Position numbers and translations under genes: made by a program. Positions 19,589-27,864 of a stretch of DNA of 64,000 nucleotides are shown here, piece by piece; the first letter of the stretch is position 1; every line of letters begins with the position of its first letter. The notes below the pieces were generated by a model that saw nothing but the letters and a program-made list of their open reading frames with translations, searched no databases and was not told the origin of the DNA. The DNA is taken from positions 6,838-70,837 of the forward strand of contig JBAXRV010000002.1 in assembly GCA_037131045.1 (NCBI GenBank), in the 5' to 3' direction. Source of the stretch: Actinomycetes bacterium (GTDB taxonomy: Bacteria > Actinomycetota > Actinomycetes > S36-B12 > UBA5976).

Positions 19589-21121
19589 TCAACTCATTCC
19601 AAGCGGCGTGTTTTGATTCTGGGAAGTCAGTGCTCGAGGATCTAATCCAGTTATTCCTTCATCACCCAGAATGAGCTTTCGTTCGCGTGGTGATGCAAAC
19701 ATGGCAAGGCTCAAAGTTCCAGCAGCAAGGAGCATCGCAAGGCCATCGCTGAACTCGATGAAAGTGTCGGCAGTTGCGCTGGAGTTAGCAACGCCATGGA
19801 TGGTGAAAGCACAAATGACAAGCATCATGTAGCGCATTTGTTGATGTGACAGACCTGTCACTGCAAGGAGCGGAATTGACCACAGCAAGTACCACGGTTG
19901 CACCACTGGACCAAGAACTACAAGGGCCAAAAATGAGTAGGCAACCGAGCGAGTAGCAGTTCTTCGGGTCGGCCACATCACCAATGCGACTAAGACAACG
20001 CCGAGTGTCAGTGCACCCATGACGCGAAAGAATGCAATGGTGTGATCAATTTGGTTGGTTACGCCAAAGAGTTGCAACACCAAGCCAGAGAGCATGCCCA
20101 TCGCGGTCGTCGGTGAAATCCAACTGCGAACTGTGCCTGGACTCGACAGCGCATTTAACCACCCAAGGGGACCCACGTGTGCCACCCAAGATAGGGCGAT
20201 GAGTGCAATTCCAGCAACGCCACCAACTTTTGTAAAGCTTGCCATGCGTGCTCGAGTAGATGAGTGTGTGCTGGCCAAGAGTGCAACGAAGGGAAGTACA
20301 ACGATTGCTACCGGTTTAATACCGAGGGCTACGGTTGCTGCGCACGTAGCAAGAAAGAAACGCTTCTCGGATGCCCACAACAAAGCAAGGCACGACAGCG
20401 CAATCATCAACGACTCATTGTGAGCACCAACAACAAGATGCATAATCACCAGCGGATTCAAGACAGCCAACCACGATGCTGCGACAGGATTAATTCCGTG
20501 GTGGCGCGCGAGACGAGGCACACACCAGGCGATACCAATGATTCCTAGTATGGAAATTCCGCGAAATACGTATGCCGCCACAAGTGGGGAGTTTGGCACT
20601 AACTGTGCGACGCTCTTTTCGATCAAAAGAAATACTGGTCCGTAAGGAGTCTTTGCATCCGCCCACATCGGATCTACTCCACTGGTGAACCAACCGGGAA
20701 CCAGTGACACTCCTGACTCGTACGGATTGTGACCGTCTACCTGTAATCGTCCTTGCATGTAATACGAGTACACATCTCGACTGAACAATGGTGCCGAGAA
20801 CAGAAGTGGGCTGATCCAAATGGCCATAGTGACGTAGAGGGTGCGCAGTGACACAGTCTTTTCGTGAAGAGTGTCTACGCCAATTACTAACCATGACTGC
20901 AGAAGTAATGCAGCTCCAACAACAACAAAGGAGCGAGTAAGTGCTAGGCCCAAAGTTGAGGTCTGTAGATAGTCAACTATGGGAAGGCGTAAGACATTTG
21001 CGGATAGTGGAAACCAACCCACTCCGAGTGATCCCAGCGACATGAAGCAACTTCCCAAAAAACCAGGAAGCCCATAGAGCCCAAACCAGGCTCGAGCTGC
21101 TGCAAAATTTGGGGAGGACAT
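19589..21121 (-). CDS. mptA: GT-C polyprenol-phosphate-mannose-dependent alpha-(1->6)-mannosyltransferase, MptA/MptB family
   Basis: 510-aa polytopic protein with LFSRDVYSYYMQG, TPYGPVF and LNPLVIMHLVVGAHNESLM, motifs I associate with mycobacterial MptA/MptB. Lies next to the GGPP synthase as Rv2174 does next to idsA2 (Rv2173), from memory. Confidence 0.65.
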   Translation of the reverse strand: MSSPNFAAARAWFGLYGLPGFLGSCFMSLGSLGVGWFPLSANVLRLPIVDYLQTSTLGLALTRSFVVVGAALLLQSWLVIGVDTLHEKTVSLRTLYVTMAIWISPLLFSAPLFSRDVYSYYMQGRLQVDGHNPYESGVSLVPGWFTSGVDPMWADAKTPYGPVFLLIEKSVAQLVPNSPLVAAYVFRGISILGIIGIAWCVPRLARHHGINPVAASWLAVLNPLVIMHLVVGAHNESLMIALSCLALLWASEKRFFLATCAATVALGIKPVAIVVLPFVALLASTHSSTRARMASFTKVGGVAGIALIALSWVAHVGPLGWLNALSSPGTVRSWISPTTAMGMLSGLVLQLFGVTNQIDHTIAFFRVMGALTLGVVLVALVMWPTRRTATRSVAYSFLALVVLGPVVQPWYLLWSIPLLAVTGLSHQQMRYMMLVICAFTIHGVANSSATADTFIEFSDGLAMLLAAGTLSLAMFASPRERKLILGDEGITGLDPRALTSQNQNTPLGMS

Positions 21122-21139
21122 GTCCCAAGGTTATCTGCG

Positions 21140-22639
21140 TTAGCGGATTGCGCGGGAACGATATGTTGGGTCAGGTCCTGTTATACGCTCAGCGGCTAGC
21201 CGACCAGAGATCAGCACCATGGGGACACCGACACCAGGTTGCGTGCCTGAACCAGTGAAGACAACATTTTGGCCCCAACGATTTCCAGGTCGAAATGGTC
21301 CAGTTTGGAAAAATGAATGCGCTGCTGCAAAGGGTGCGCCCCGTTCCATCCCGCGGTCGCTCCAGTCTTGCGGTGTGGTGATGTGCTCCACCTCGATGGC
21401 GTCACCAAAGCCATGGTAACCGCGACTTTCAAGAGTATTGATGACATGCTCTCGGTACTGCGGACCAATTTTGGCCCAGTCAATATCGGCATCAAGATTG
21501 GGAGTCGGGAACAGCACGTAGTAGATCTCTTTACCATCGGGGGCCAAACGTGAATCACCATGTGTGGGATTTGTGACTAACACGCTTGGATCTGTCATCA
21601 AAGTTTTGGTATTGATGAGCTCGTCAAATACGCCTCTCCAACTCTCACCAAAGTGAATGTTGTGGTGAGATATGTGGTCGTACTTAATGGACGAGCCAGC
21701 AAGCATGAGATAGCACGACGGTGAGTACTTAAGCCGATTGACGCTCCACTTAGAAACTCCAAGCAAGTCGCGATAGGCGACTGGCAAGTCTGGGTTCAGA
21801 ACAACAACATCAGCAGGAATGAATTCACCGTTTGTCGTTTCAACCCCAAGGGCTTTGTCGCCTTGTAGTCGCACGCGAGAAACCGTTGTGTTGTACTTAA
21901 AATTAACTCCATGATGAGCAGCAGCAGCTGCCATGGCAACGGGCACAGCATTCATCCCGCCTTCGGGGAAGAACACACCTGCGACTGAATCCATGTACGC
22001 GATGACTGCATAAATAGCAAGTGCGTCGTATGGAGATAAACCGGCATACATTGCCTGGAACGAAAACACTTTTTGAGTCCGTGGATCTTTAAGGTATTGC
22101 TCAACTTTGGGTGCGAGTTTCCTAAAACCACCAATAGCAACAAGTTTCGCTAAGTCACTAGACACGAGACTCAATGGGGAATCAATGTTGCGATCAATAA
22201 AATTACGCATTTCATATTTATAAAGATCAGAAACAAAATCGACGTATTTGAGGTAGCCACTCGCTTCGCGCGACCCAATGACGGTTTCAATTTCCGTGGC
22301 CATCTCTTGTGCATCCGAGTACACATTCAAAACGCTGCCATCTGGATGAAAGGACCGATACAACGGAGACACGGGCAAGAGCGTAAGCCAGTCGTTCATG
22401 TTTTCGCCTAAGCAGTCGAATGCATCGGCAATAAGGTCTGGCATCGTTAACACGGTTGGTCCATTGTCAAACTCAAACCCACGGTCACTGATGCGTCCTG
22501 CACGACCGCCTGGTCCTGGCTCACGCTCCACGACTGTGACATTACGTCCAGCTCCGGCTAGACGCATGGCAGCAGATAGACCAGCAAGTCCAGCGCCAAC
22601 GATCACCACATTGTCAGTAGGTCCTGAAATCCGTTTCAT
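21140..22639 (-). CDS. crtI: Phytoene desaturase
   Basis: VVIVGAGLAGLSAAMRLAGAGRNVTVVEREPGPGGRAG dinucleotide-binding fold, C-terminal VFTGSGTQPGVGVPMVLISG. Start set to ATG 22639 (MKRISGP...), 1 nt after the crtE stop. The ORF-track start at 22672 would overlap crtE. Confidence 0.85.
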   Translation of the reverse strand: MKRISGPTDNVVIVGAGLAGLSAAMRLAGAGRNVTVVEREPGPGGRAGRISDRGFEFDNGPTVLTMPDLIADAFDCLGENMNDWLTLLPVSPLYRSFHPDGSVLNVYSDAQEMATEIETVIGSREASGYLKYVDFVSDLYKYEMRNFIDRNIDSPLSLVSSDLAKLVAIGGFRKLAPKVEQYLKDPRTQKVFSFQAMYAGLSPYDALAIYAVIAYMDSVAGVFFPEGGMNAVPVAMAAAAAHHGVNFKYNTTVSRVRLQGDKALGVETTNGEFIPADVVVLNPDLPVAYRDLLGVSKWSVNRLKYSPSCYLMLAGSSIKYDHISHHNIHFGESWRGVFDELINTKTLMTDPSVLVTNPTHGDSRLAPDGKEIYYVLFPTPNLDADIDWAKIGPQYREHVINTLESRGYHGFGDAIEVEHITTPQDWSDRGMERGAPFAAAHSFFQTGPFRPGNRWGQNVVFTGSGTQPGVGVPMVLISGRLAAERITGPDPTYRSRAIR

Positions 22640-22640
22640 G

Positions 22641-23699
22641 TTAAGCGCTCCGCTGCGTTGCAACATATGCAAGTTCAGTCAGAGCCTCGCGTGCATGTGG
22701 GTCGATCGAATCTATTTGTAGCGCTTGTATTGCAGTGTGCGTCTGAGCAGTAATCATTGTCTCCACTTGTTCAAGGGCGCCCGTAGATGTGATCAAGGTT
22801 TGCAGCTCCTCGATCATTGGGGCAGTCATGGTCTTGGTCGTCATAAGTGAATCTATTTGTGCCGCCTTGTCATCACGTTGCATTGCCAGCGCAAGCAAAA
22901 CAGTTTGCTTACCTTCTCGCAAGTCATCGCCAGCAGGCTTGCCTGTAGTTTCGCTATCGCCGAAAACTCCAAGCACGTCATCACGTAGTTGGAAAGCTTC
23001 CCCAAGAGCCAGTCCGTACGCGCTAAGAGCTGCAATGTGCTCCGGCTTCGCATTCGCTATTGCGGCACCGATGTGAAGTGGTCGTTCGATTGTGTACTTG
23101 GCGCTCTTAAACCGAATCACATTTTGCGCACTTGCGACACTTGTGCCACGTCGAGCTTGTTCAAGTAGATCCAGGAACTGACCTGCCATAAGTTCAGTGC
23201 GCATGATGTCGTATACCGATTTGGCTCGGTTGAGCTCATCTTGGCTTAATCCACTAGTCAACAACATCTCATCAGCCCAGGACAGCGCCAAGTCTCCGAT
23301 GAGAATTGCCGCACCGTGACCGAAGCCGATACTTGATCCCTGCCAACCCGCTGTGTGGTGCATGGTTTCAAATTGTTTGTGAGTTGCCGGCTTTCCGCGT
23401 CGTGTGTCGCTGTCGTCCATTACATCATCGTGAATCAAGGCACACGCCTGTAAGAATTCAAGGGAGGCGCATGCTCGGACTAATTCGTCGCTGTCAGGCT
23501 GTCCCACACTTCGGTAGCCCCAGTATGCAAAAGCGGGTCTAAGTCTTTTGCCACCCTGGAGAAGTCCCGTGAGTGAGCTCACTAGTTCTACGGTGTCAGG
23601 GGATATCTGAGTGAGATAAGTCGTATGTGAAGTCACAAAGGTGTCTAATTCAGACTGAATGCGTTGCCGCAGGTTCGCCTCATCGAGTGGGTTGTTCAC
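22641..23699 (-). CDS. crtE: Geranylgeranyl diphosphate synthase (polyprenyl synthetase family)
   Basis: First Asp-rich motif LIHDDVMDDSDTRRG and second FQLRDDVLG. 352 aa. GTG start. Heads the crtE-crtI-mptA gene string. Confidence 0.85.
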   Translation of the reverse strand: MNNPLDEANLRQRIQSELDTFVTSHTTYLTQISPDTVELVSSLTGLLQGGKRLRPAFAYWGYRSVGQPDSDELVRACASLEFLQACALIHDDVMDDSDTRRGKPATHKQFETMHHTAGWQGSSIGFGHGAAILIGDLALSWADEMLLTSGLSQDELNRAKSVYDIMRTELMAGQFLDLLEQARRGTSVASAQNVIRFKSAKYTIERPLHIGAAIANAKPEHIAALSAYGLALGEAFQLRDDVLGVFGDSETTGKPAGDDLREGKQTVLLALAMQRDDKAAQIDSLMTTKTMTAPMIEELQTLITSTGALEQVETMITAQTHTAIQALQIDSIDPHAREALTELAYVATQRSA

Positions 23700-23756
23700 T
23701 TCTTTAGGTTATTGGCTCTCTGGCTTGCCTGCACATTGGCGTCGCTACGAATTACC

Positions 23757-24410
23757 ATGGGTTCTGTGTCCAACATGACCTTTGACGAGTACCTTCTCAG
23801 TTGGTCGCGCCTACATTCACAAGCGAAGGCCAGCGCTATTGTGCGGATGTGGCTTAGAGCTGCGTTTTGGTGTTCATCGCCATTTATCCGGTTTGGTCCG
23901 AATGCCGTCACATTTTTTGGCGCACTTGTGATGTTGTTGACCATCCCTTTGGCACATACTCGCCCCATATGTGCAGCAGTTGCAATGCCACTTATTGGCC
24001 TGATCGACAACATCGATGGAATCGTTGCTGTGCGCAGCCAAAGAGTGAGTCGCTATGGAGCCTTCTTGGATTCAGTTGTCGACCGTCTCGTTGACATCGC
24101 ATGTGTGGGATTAATTATTTCTTTTGGTGCTCCAATAACTCTGGCAATACTTGCCGTCATGACAACGTTGTTGCTTGAATATATACGCGCTAGGGCATCG
24201 TCATTAGGTGCAACCGACGTTGGCGTCATATCCATTGCCGAGAAACCGACTCGAGTCATCCTTACCTTCATGACCCTGCTGTGTATTGCGTTGTTCCCAT
24301 TTGATCAAGAGGTTGTGAGCACCATTTCGATTATTACGTGGAGCACAGTGGGCATGATTGGCATTTTTCAGGTGTGGCCTGCAATGCGGCGACAGTTACA
24401 AGCTCAGTAG
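23757..24410 (+). CDS. CDP-alcohol phosphatidyltransferase family protein (substrate unknown)
   Basis: IDNIDGIVAVRSQRVSRYGAFLDSVVDRLVD fits D-x2-D-G-x2-A-[R]-x8-G-x3-D-x3-D, except that the Arg position is Val with Arg one residue later. About six TM segments. Start moved to ATG 23757 (217 aa) because the ORF-track start at 23664 overlaps crtE. Confidence 0.75.
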   Translation: MGSVSNMTFDEYLLSWSRLHSQAKASAIVRMWLRAAFWCSSPFIRFGPNAVTFFGALVMLLTIPLAHTRPICAAVAMPLIGLIDNIDGIVAVRSQRVSRYGAFLDSVVDRLVDIACVGLIISFGAPITLAILAVMTTLLLEYIRARASSLGATDVGVISIAEKPTRVILTFMTLLCIALFPFDQEVVSTISIITWSTVGMIGIFQVWPAMRRQLQAQ

Positions 24411-24458
24411 TTACAAGCTCAGTAGTTACAAGCTCAGTAGTTACAAGCTCAGTGTTAC
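24394..24458. repeat. Perfect tandem repeat, 15-bp unit AGTTACAAGCTCAGT x 4 plus a partial fifth copy
   Basis: Read directly: copies at 24394-24408, 24409-24423, 24424-24438 and 24439-24453, then GTTAC. The first copy encodes the last codons and TAG stop of the CDP-alcohol transferase. The array ends 1 nt before the stop of the convergent CrtI-family gene (24459-24461). Confidence 0.9.
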
Positions 24459-25949
24459 TTAGGCTCGTCCAATCTTTTCCGCCACGATATTTGCTGATAG
24501 TGCAACAAGGGGTAAACCGCCGCCCGGATGAGCTGATCCTCCGACTAAATAGAGATTTCGAATGGCCGTCACATTGCTTGGGCGTAAGAATGCAGATCGC
24601 ATTCCGTTACTCGATGAACCATAGATTGAACCACCCGGAGCACCAGTTCGCGCTTGGAGGTCTGCAGGAGTGAATGTCGTTGACCAGGTGAGGCGATTGG
24701 CAATCTTCATTCCGCGCTGCGCAAGCCGTTCTTGAAGAAGTGCCCAATAGTTTGTCCGAAGTTCTTCCTCGGACCAATCGACACCATGCCCAGGGTCGTG
24801 GCGAGGCGCATTGACCAATACGAACCACGATTCACTGTTCGGTGGAGTCATGAGCGAATCCTGAGGGTTGCAGACATAGATTGTTGGATCCGCTACCGGT
24901 TGTTTAGTTTTTCCAAAGATGGAATCAAATTCGGCGTCGTAGTTTGCTGGGAACCACACGTTGTGATGCTCCAGGTCGGTAGACACGCCATCAAGAGCCA
25001 TCAAGCCAACAAACCCTGAAAGAGACGGAACATTTTTTGACAATTGTTTGCGAGCCCGAGCAGTGAGCTTACGCGAGTGTGAGTCCTGAAGTAGAGAGTT
25101 ATAGACCACACTTGCGTCTGCATTTGCAACCACAATGTCCGCCGCAAAGTCTCCCTGAGTTGTCGATACGGAAGTAACTGTAGAGCCACCATTAATGGTC
25201 GTAGCTGCAGTATTGAATTGAAAGGACACACCAAGCGACTGGCACCGTTCAAACAATGCAGCGCCGAGTTCGCGCACCCCACCAGCAACGTGATATGCGC
25301 CGAACGCTTGTTCGATGTAAGGAACTGTTGCAAGGGCAGCGGGTGCCTTACGCGGATCCGAACCCGTATATGTGGCATACCTATCAACAAGTGTGACAAG
25401 TCGTTGGTCGGAAAAATAGTGTTCTGCCAAACTCCGCAATGTTTGTGCAGGAGCAATTGTCCGCACATCATTGATGCGATAGGACAGTGCGAGCAAACTG
25501 CGAACACCGTTAAGTGGAGATTCGAGAAACGGTCCGCGGGTAGCTGCCCACATTTGTGCTGCGCGTTGCATGAATGCTTTCCATTCATCTGCACTCGCGC
25601 CACCCAATGTGTCACCAATTGCTTGAGTGCATGCTCCAATGCCAACACCGGGCATCTTCAGAACTGTTCCGTCGGCAAATTGATAACGAAATGCTGTCTC
25701 GAGGTCTACGAGGTTGACGCTGTCTTCAAGTGGTTTACCAGTTTTAAGAAACAAGTCGCGATAGACCGCGGGCAATGTAACAAGGCTTGGGCCGGTATCA
25801 AAGACATGGTCGCCGTGACGCACGGTCCCGAGTTTTCCACCCCAGGTGGCGCTGGATTCAATAACACGGACCGAATGACCCTTAACTGTAAGGCGCGCAG
25901 CACAGGCCATACCGCCCATACCTGCTCCGATGATTACTACCTTTGCCAC
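24459..25949 (-). CDS. CrtI-family FAD-dependent carotenoid desaturase/ketolase (CrtD- or CrtO-like)
   Basis: VVIIGAGMGGMACAARLTVKGHSVRVIESSATWGGKLG N-terminal FAD fold, C-terminal LYLVGGSAHPGGGLPLVALS. Second CrtI paralogue in the window. GTG start preceded by AAGGTGAAGG. Last gene of the tailoring operon. Confidence 0.7.
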   Translation of the reverse strand: MAKVVIIGAGMGGMACAARLTVKGHSVRVIESSATWGGKLGTVRHGDHVFDTGPSLVTLPAVYRDLFLKTGKPLEDSVNLVDLETAFRYQFADGTVLKMPGVGIGACTQAIGDTLGGASADEWKAFMQRAAQMWAATRGPFLESPLNGVRSLLALSYRINDVRTIAPAQTLRSLAEHYFSDQRLVTLVDRYATYTGSDPRKAPAALATVPYIEQAFGAYHVAGGVRELGAALFERCQSLGVSFQFNTAATTINGGSTVTSVSTTQGDFAADIVVANADASVVYNSLLQDSHSRKLTARARKQLSKNVPSLSGFVGLMALDGVSTDLEHHNVWFPANYDAEFDSIFGKTKQPVADPTIYVCNPQDSLMTPPNSESWFVLVNAPRHDPGHGVDWSEEELRTNYWALLQERLAQRGMKIANRLTWSTTFTPADLQARTGAPGGSIYGSSSNGMRSAFLRPSNVTAIRNLYLVGGSAHPGGGLPLVALSANIVAEKIGRA

Positions 25950-25996
25950 ACCTTCACCTTAAGACAGGTCGCTAGTCGGCGGGCACATGACGGGTG

Positions 25997-27094
25997 TCAC
26001 GACGTGTGCAAGACCCGACCTTTCCAGGTATTGGTTCCGCGAGCATGTCGGATCCACGACACCGCATTGAGAAATACAAAGCTGGAAATGGAAAGTGGGT
26101 GAAGTAATGCATCCGGAAAAACTCTGTGCTGAAACTGGCGCGCACACACCAAGCGCCCGACAACGCCAGCGCTGTATCCCACAAGAGCCAAAGCACGCTG
26201 ACCCGAGGCAAACCCATAAAGCGGCGCAACGTATATGAACACCAGCGACAGATTGATAAATATTGTTCCTATCAAACCGTTAAACGCAGACCACAGACTT
26301 TTCGCATAGCCAGAAATTAATTGGGAATTCGTTTCGTACATGTTGCACGTCGCAAGTGTGGTGCCATCTACGACCGTGGCTTTAAATCCGTTTTTACTGA
26401 GGTTTCGCGACAAGGCGATGTCTTCTAACACTTCATTGCGCACACCTTCGTGCCCGCCGCTGCGCACATAGGCATCGCGCTTCACTGCAATGAATTGGCC
26501 ATTTCCAACAGCCATACTGGGGCGTTGCGTTGCGAGTGAAATTTTGAGTGGAACAGTCGTCAGCCAGGACCACTGCAAAAGTGGTTGCACGAGACGGGCC
26601 AGAAACGTACTTGCAATCTGGCGAGGATACGGGCAAATCAAATCGAGACTCTTGTCCTGGAGAGTTGCAACCGCCGAACTTACAGCATGCGGACTGAGCA
26701 CCACATCGGCATCAATGAAAACCAGAAATTCACTTGTGACTGCGTTGGAAAGTTGATGGCAGGCGTATGGCTTTCCTAGCCACCCTGACGGTGGTTCGCC
26801 CGCACCGTCAATCACTGACAAGCGTGAATCGTGAAATGTGCTCAGGATTTGTGCCGTGGAATCAGTGGAATTGTCGTTGAGCACAACAATCTCTAAATGA
26901 GGAATGTCTTTTTGCGCTAATGCTGCGGTGACACACGATGCAATATGTCGTTCTTCATTACGGGCAGGAATCAGTACAGCGATTGATTGGAGAATCTCTC
27001 GAGGGTGACACGCAATCAAATAGCGTCGATTGAACCAGCTGTGAATAGTGAGTGCCCAGGCGAGTAGGCATGAGACTGCGAGCAGCGCGGTCAT
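25997..27094 (-). CDS. Membrane-anchored family 2 glycosyltransferase, carotenoid glycosyltransferase-like (CruC/CrtQ type)
   Basis: N-terminal TM segment, then VLIPARNEERHI, LEIVVLNDNSTD, FLVFIDADVVL (DxD) and C-terminal TM helices. Start set to ATG 27094 (MTALLAV...), which overlaps the cruF stop as TAATG. The 44-codon ORF-track extension lies inside cruF. Confidence 0.75.
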   Translation of the reverse strand: MTALLAVSCLLAWALTIHSWFNRRYLIACHPREILQSIAVLIPARNEERHIASCVTAALAQKDIPHLEIVVLNDNSTDSTAQILSTFHDSRLSVIDGAGEPPSGWLGKPYACHQLSNAVTSEFLVFIDADVVLSPHAVSSAVATLQDKSLDLICPYPRQIASTFLARLVQPLLQWSWLTTVPLKISLATQRPSMAVGNGQFIAVKRDAYVRSGGHEGVRNEVLEDIALSRNLSKNGFKATVVDGTTLATCNMYETNSQLISGYAKSLWSAFNGLIGTIFINLSLVFIYVAPLYGFASGQRALALVGYSAGVVGRLVCARQFQHRVFPDALLHPLSISSFVFLNAVSWIRHARGTNTWKGRVLHTS

Positions 27095-27864
27095 TACACC
27101 TGTCGCATCCTCATAATGACTGGAATCATCACGGCGCCCATTCCGATTAGCCCGGTGACAGCAACGGCTGGTTGATCTAAAAATGGTGCGAATGGAACAA
27201 TGTTCGCTAAGAAGCTGCCTAGCCAAACCCAGATCAGCATGGCAAAGGGGGCAAAATCTGCCAGCGTCAGTGGAGTCGGTTCCACAGTCTTATTGATTGC
27301 GTGCGAGATGAGGAAAGCGACAAAAAACCAAGAAAGATAGTTGGACACTGGGATTCCATTAATTGAGTCTGTGACCGAACGCCAGAACCAATACACCTCG
27401 TGCGTCATTTGAGGGTCAAGGTAAAGGTCCCATGCCGTCATGAGAGCGGCAGTTATCGCGCTAGAAGAAATCGGATTAGTACTGATTGAATGCCCGACGA
27501 GTAGGCAGGGGTACATCATCATGAACCATGCCAATGGAATCAAGAGTGGCACTCCGAACAGCTGCATGCCTAGTTGGTCGGTGTATTCGTAGTGCCCAAA
27601 GATGATGTGGGTATGTAGACCAAGAAATTCAGCAACAAAACTTGTGATTACGGTGGTCGTAAATACTCGATTGGCAAAGTCCGAACCGCGAGTCAAAGTT
27701 GCATGAACCAATGACATTGCTGCAAATGAAATCACTGCGGCAATTGTGATGTGCGCTCTGGTTGCATCGTGAACCAGGGTCCAGACAATATTGAGTAAAA
27801 CCGTGATCAGCCCGAGCAGCAATGGCAAAGGTCGGTTGTCAACTAAAATCTGCTTTACATTCAC
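27094..27864 (-). CDS. cruF: Carotenoid biosynthesis membrane protein, DUF422/CruF-like (carotenoid 1,2-hydratase family)
   Basis: FVAEFLGLHTHIIFGHYEYTDQLGMQLFGVPLLIPLAWF and WDLYLDPQMTHEVYWFWRS...NGIPVSNYLSWF match the two conserved blocks of the carotenoid-synthesis DUF422 family as I remember them. GTG start overlaps the upstream stop (GTGA). Confidence 0.75.
   Translation of the reverse strand: MNVKQILVDNRPLPLLLGLITVLLNIVWTLVHDATRAHITIAAVISFAAMSLVHATLTRGSDFANRVFTTTVITSFVAEFLGLHTHIIFGHYEYTDQLGMQLFGVPLLIPLAWFMMMYPCLLVGHSISTNPISSSAITAALMTAWDLYLDPQMTHEVYWFWRSVTDSINGIPVSNYLSWFFVAFLISHAINKTVEPTPLTLADFAPFAMLIWVWLGSFLANIVPFAPFLDQPAVAVTGLIGMGAVMIPVIMRMRQV

Noticed and set aside
24394-24458. Possible CRISPR array or intrinsic terminator formed by the 15-bp repeat
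   Set aside because: The copies are directly abutting with no spacers, the unit is far shorter than CRISPR repeats, and no cas genes are present. Self-complementarity is limited to a 4-bp AGCT palindrome, so a stable terminator hairpin is not supported.
24338-24673. 111-aa plus-strand ORF containing VTSSV VTSSV VTSSV VTSSV
   Set aside because: The peptide repeat is simply the 15-bp tandem DNA repeat read in another frame. The rest of the ORF is antisense to the CrtI-family gene.
25218-26102. 294-aa plus-strand Cys-rich ORF, and the 215-aa minus-strand ORF at 25001-25648
   Set aside because: Both overlap the CrtI-family gene (24459-25949), which has clear FAD-fold motifs. Their composition (many Cys, Arg, His) is that of out-of-frame or antisense reading.
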